A stretch of 29,752 nucleotides of DNA from Patescibacteria group bacterium. GTDB taxonomy: Bacteria; Patescibacteriota; UBA1384; 2-12-FULL-50-11; DASWYB01. The notes beneath the pieces were generated by a model, which had not been told where the DNA came from, searched no databases, and saw only the letters and a program-made list of their open reading frames with translations. Below, piece after piece: positions 26,521 to 29,752 of the stretch (position 1 is its first letter; the number at the start of each line of letters is the position of its first letter). The position numbers and the translations under genes are program-made. The stretch covers positions 1 through 29,752 of the forward strand of contig DASWYB010000071.1 in assembly GCA_036405195.1 (NCBI GenBank), read 5' to 3'.

Positions 26521-26560
26521 GAAAGCCTCTGGGCCGCACGAGCGGTCCGGGGGCTTTTCT
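26521..26560 (+). terminator. Intrinsic terminator after 26085..26492
   Basis: 17-bp stem including G-U pairs: GAAAGCCTCTGGGCCGC-ACGA-GCGGTCCGGGGGCTTTT, then CT. Confidence 0.75.
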
Positions 26561-26574
26561 CGTTACGGGTAACT

Positions 26575-26604
26575 TTGCAATCAAGTCATAAAAGTTGCTA
26601 TAGT
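26575..26604 (+). promoter_or_regulatory. Extended -10 promoter for the PEGA/VirB6-like operon
   Basis: TTGCAA-18 nt-TATAGT with TG at the extended position; ATG at 26611 lies 6 nt downstream. Confidence 0.6.
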
Positions 26605-26610
26605 GAATAT

Positions 26611-27768
26611 ATGTTAAAAGGATGGGGCTCTTATTTTAGTGTCTGTGGGCTCGTAATGGCTTTTTTTATATCGTTATTTTCTCCTGTTCATGTTGTAGCT
26701 GCTGGAGAGAGCTTGTTAGGTTTAACAGCCACCTTAGTACCTTCCGGGAGTACTTCTCAGTTGGTCGTTAGTTTTAGAATTCAAAATTATCAATGGCAAT
26801 CGAACAAAAGATTCCGCGTTTCTGTCTCCACCGACAACCGTACAGATAAAGAAGTTACATTTAAAGCTGGAAAAGGTGGACCAAACTACTCACAAACAAA
26901 TTACACGGTCTACATCGCTGGTTATCGTCCGGTAGCAGGTGGAGCTGGGGTGATAAAAGTTACATTGTCCGATCAAGGTGTCATCAGCCATAGTCCTATA
27001 ACCTCTAGTACTACACGCGTAACCACGCCTACCCCACCGAAATTTCAGGAAGTAAGTGTCTATAGTGATTATTCATCAGCTGCTGGTAAAAATGTGATTT
27101 GGGTTAAGAGTACAATTTTACCCGACAGTTACCGCAGTGGTCTGACGCTACGGGTCGTAAATAAAGAAACGAACGCCCAGTATATTGAGGCAAACAACAT
27201 TACGCAGGTATATGCAAATGCAACCAATGTTGATGCTCCTTCCACTGCTCAGCAAGTTAGATTTACGCTTTATGAGGGCGCCACGGTACTTGATACCAAA
27301 GATGCCACCCTGGGAAGTATCGATAGCCAAGTGGAGATTACCGTAGGTTCCACTCCCCAGGGGGGGCTTGTGAAAGTTTTTCTGGACGGGGTAGACAAAG
27401 GTACCACACCAGTTACGTTACGACCAGACAAAGATACCGATTCAGAGCCAGCTCAACATAAAATTAAAATTACCAATGGAACAGTCGAAAAAGAGTTTGA
27501 CGTTACCTTTGAGGCTAACCATACGCTCTATTATAACTTTACGACCGAAGGTGGAGGGGTTGACGCCGATCCTACTGAAGCCGATAAGCCGAAAACGACA
27601 ACAGCAGGAGCTGCGGGACAATCAAAGCCCTGTAACGAATATTTGGGTTTTTCTTTTGGCAGTGGATTGCAGTTCAATATTCCAGCCTATATTTTGTGTC
27701 AGTTTAATTCGCTTATTCAATTGATTGCAAAAACAACCCAAGGAGTTATTGATGGTCTCCCGCTCTAG
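26611..27768 (+). CDS. Exported beta-rich protein with PEGA-like domain
   Basis: Hydrophobic signal (LVMAFFISLFSPVHVVAA); ITVGSTPQGGLVKVFLDGVDKGTTPV...HKIKI resembles PEGA. Start at 26611 is inferred from the promoter. Confidence 0.65.
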   Translation: MLKGWGSYFSVCGLVMAFFISLFSPVHVVAAGESLLGLTATLVPSGSTSQLVVSFRIQNYQWQSNKRFRVSVSTDNRTDKEVTFKAGKGGPNYSQTNYTVYIAGYRPVAGGAGVIKVTLSDQGVISHSPITSSTTRVTTPTPPKFQEVSVYSDYSSAAGKNVIWVKSTILPDSYRSGLTLRVVNKETNAQYIEANNITQVYANATNVDAPSTAQQVRFTLYEGATVLDTKDATLGSIDSQVEITVGSTPQGGLVKVFLDGVDKGTTPVTLRPDKDTDSEPAQHKIKITNGTVEKEFDVTFEANHTLYYNFTTEGGGVDADPTEADKPKTTTAGAAGQSKPCNEYLGFSFGSGLQFNIPAYILCQFNSLIQLIAKTTQGVIDGLPL

Positions 27769-29752
27769 ATGGCTTCTTAGTGGTTTGTTACTAATTGTGT
27801 TGGGGGTACTTTTCTTCCCTGCCTCTACCCAGGCTGCTCTTGCTCCTGGTACAGATCATCGGGTATGGACGTGGGTTGAGGGGACGAACGGTGTCATTAA
27901 TGTATATAAGGTCGTTCTTGGGCTAGTGGATTTTGTAGTTGTATTGGGACTATTGGCTGCCGCGTTTGCGAATATCTTTAGCTTTATCCCTATAAAGCTC
28001 GATAGTTACAAGGTGAAGCAAGTGTTGCCCGGGCTCATTATTGGTATTGTAATGGCGAACCTGAGCTATTTTATTATGCACCTCTTTATCGAAGTGAGTA
28101 CGATTATAGTTCAGATGATTGGGATTATTGTATCCCAGCAGGTAGGGGACACGATTGGAACGCAGTCAGGGACCGGGTACATTATTACTAAATTATGGCA
28201 AGAAATTCTCGGATCTCTCTTTAAGCTTCCGACCGCATGGGCTGGTTTAAGTGGTGTGGTTACTGCTATTGCAGGAGGAGGTGGGCTTATTGCTGCTGGG
28301 GCAACACTTACTGAAATGCTTGCGGCGATAGGGGGATCCCTCATTCTTAACCCTGCAGGTGGTGCTATAGGTATTATGTTCGGTCTTGTTCTGCTGGCGC
28401 CACTGATTATTGCTTTGATTCTCGCTTTTTTACTTTACATTCGAGGCTACATTCTGATTATCTGTTTTGTTTTATCCCCTCTTGCCTTTTTTTCGCTCGG
28501 TTTTCCACCGTTAAAAACATTTTGGAATAAGTGGTGGACGAACTTTTGGAAGTGGTTAATTATGGCACCTTTGGTGTTTCTTGTTTTGGCAGGGGGTATT
28601 ATTTTTATCCATTTTGCCAATAATGCAGCTGGTGGAAGCCGTAACCTGACGGATTATATTTTCTTTAATGGAGTAGGGATTGGATTCTTAGCAGTTGCCA
28701 TGAAACTGCCATTTTCGTTTGGTACCTTCTTTGGTGCGAATGTAATGAAAGAGTACAACAACTGGAGTAAGCGTGCTGCTAAAACGGGCTGGGATGGAGG
28801 GGTGCGCGGAACGGCGTATATTGGAGGGGCGCAGAAGGCGCTACGAGGACATGCGGGAAGTTGGACAAATCGAGCAGATCTTAAAGATAAATTCGCTGCT
28901 GCTAATGCCGCCGGAAAAGCGGCTATGACTACGGATAAAATTACGAAAGGTTGGCTTCCAAATAATCCTATTCGACTAGCCGAAGGTGTGCGAGCGGGTA
29001 TGAAGGCTCGTCTTGAGACGGCAGATAAAGCTGATGCCAAAATGATTAAAAAGACGGTTACTTATAGGGGGGCAGCAAGTCGGGAGGCGAAATATCGAGA
29101 TTATACAGAATCAAACGGGCATATTAAGGAAGAAACCGATCCTCGAACTCTTGTTGATGACCATATTATAAAAAATGGCGGTGATAAGTTTACGCCAGAA
29201 GAACTCAATAAACTTCTTACTGAGTCGCCAGGGGAGCTCGTAGAGTTACCGATCGTACGACGGGCGGAGCAAGAAGGGGTTGACCTTGAAAAGTTGGCCA
29301 AGCTTATGATTGCTTGGAAACAGTACAAGTCTATAAGTGGCAGAAAGAATATTAAATCAGGAGTTCTTGATCCTCCCTATCCAGGAAGAGGGTCAATTGG
29401 TGATCCAGACTATGTTCCTCCTCGAGATGCTGGTCGAGGCTATAATGCTCTTGTTCGAGATGCTGGCACAGGTAGAATTACCGGTTTTAATCAACAAAGA
29501 TTCATTCAAGGTAATAGTGACGAAGATGTTATGGGGGCGCACGTTGGGCCCAATCATAGCGATGACGGTAACTCTTCTTCGGAAGATGGAAATAATAATC
29601 CTGGCGGTAACAAACCTGCTGCCCCCAAAGGTCCACAGGGGGGTGGATCAGGTGGGAACCAGAGTCCTCAGCGTGGCGTAGAACAAGGTGATTCGTCTCA
29701 TCCTCTGCTATCTCAGTCGTTAGATACCGCTACTCCTTCAGTTAACATCCCT
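27752..29752 (+). CDS. TrbL/VirB6-like polytopic membrane protein with long hydrophilic C-terminal tail; runs off the window end
   Basis: Hand-translated: AAGGAG SD, ATG at 27752, open for 667 codons to the window end (MVSRSRWLLSGLLLIVLG...AAFANIF...YKVKQVLPGLIIGIVMANLS...IRGYILIICFVLSPLAFFSLGFP...WNKWWTNFWKWLIMAP...). Not in the ORF track. Confidence 0.75.
   Translation, partial: MVSRSRWLLSGLLLIVLGVLFFPASTQAALAPGTDHRVWTWVEGTNGVINVYKVVLGLVDFVVVLGLLAAAFANIFSFIPIKLDSYKVKQVLPGLIIGIVMANLSYFIMHLFIEVSTIIVQMIGIIVSQQVGDTIGTQSGTGYIITKLWQEILGSLFKLPTAWAGLSGVVTAIAGGGGLIAAGATLTEMLAAIGGSLILNPAGGAIGIMFGLVLLAPLIIALILAFLLYIRGYILIICFVLSPLAFFSLGFPPLKTFWNKWWTNFWKWLIMAPLVFLVLAGGIIFIHFANNAAGGSRNLTDYIFFNGVGIGFLAVAMKLPFSFGTFFGANVMKEYNNWSKRAAKTGWDGGVRGTAYIGGAQKALRGHAGSWTNRADLKDKFAAANAAGKAAMTTDKITKGWLPNNPIRLAEGVRAGMKARLETADKADAKMIKKTVTYRGAASREAKYRDYTESNGHIKEETDPRTLVDDHIIKNGGDKFTPEELNKLLTESPGELVELPIVRRAEQEGVDLEKLAKLMIAWKQYKSISGRKNIKSGVLDPPYPGRGSIGDPDYVPPRDAGRGYNALVRDAGTGRITGFNQQRFIQGNSDEDVMGAHVGPNHSDDGNSSSEDGNNNPGGNKPAAPKGPQGGGSGGNQSPQRGVEQGDSSHPLLSQSLDTATPSVNIP

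Noticed and set aside
1586-26610. tRNA, riboswitch or other ncRNA in intergenic gaps
   Set aside because: Gaps are about 155 nt or less and are explained by promoters and terminators; no cloverleaf or known riboswitch consensus was recognised (Infernal/Rfam was not run).
388-29681. Numerous short alternative-frame and antisense ORFs in the track
   Set aside because: They are shadows of well-supported genes, with no motifs, SD sites or promoters.
1-29752. Alternative genetic code (TGA=Gly, as in Gracilibacteria/Absconditabacteria)
   Set aside because: Conserved genes are full length in code 11, and TGA terminates valS and the cohesin gene at overlapping-gene junctions.

Overview
Bacterial chromosomal segment (standard code; TGA, TAA and TAG all used as stops), very gene-dense, with the gene content and style of a Patescibacteria/CPR genome (inference). 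Housekeeping genes: rnj (5'-truncated), ftsK, RodZ-like, recA, polA, typA/bipA, murE plus a FemAB-family ligase, tsaD and valS. Interspersed accessory genes: (i) a translationally coupled three-gene surface operon (membrane-anchored dockerin-like protein, membrane-anchored cohesin-like protein, 878-aa heparinase II/III-like lyase with DUF11); (ii) a minimal poly(A)-polymerase/CCA-type nucleotidyltransferase lacking the RRD templating motif, downstream of polA; (iii) two GC-rich stand-alone secreted-protein genes, each with an SD site and downstream hairpin; (iv) a PEGA-domain protein followed by a TrbL/VirB6-like membrane protein (27752 to window end) that the ORF track missed. Several promoters imply leaderless mRNAs, and a compact bidirectional promoter lies between femAB and tsaD. 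No rRNA, tRNA, CRISPR array, integrase or IS element was seen.
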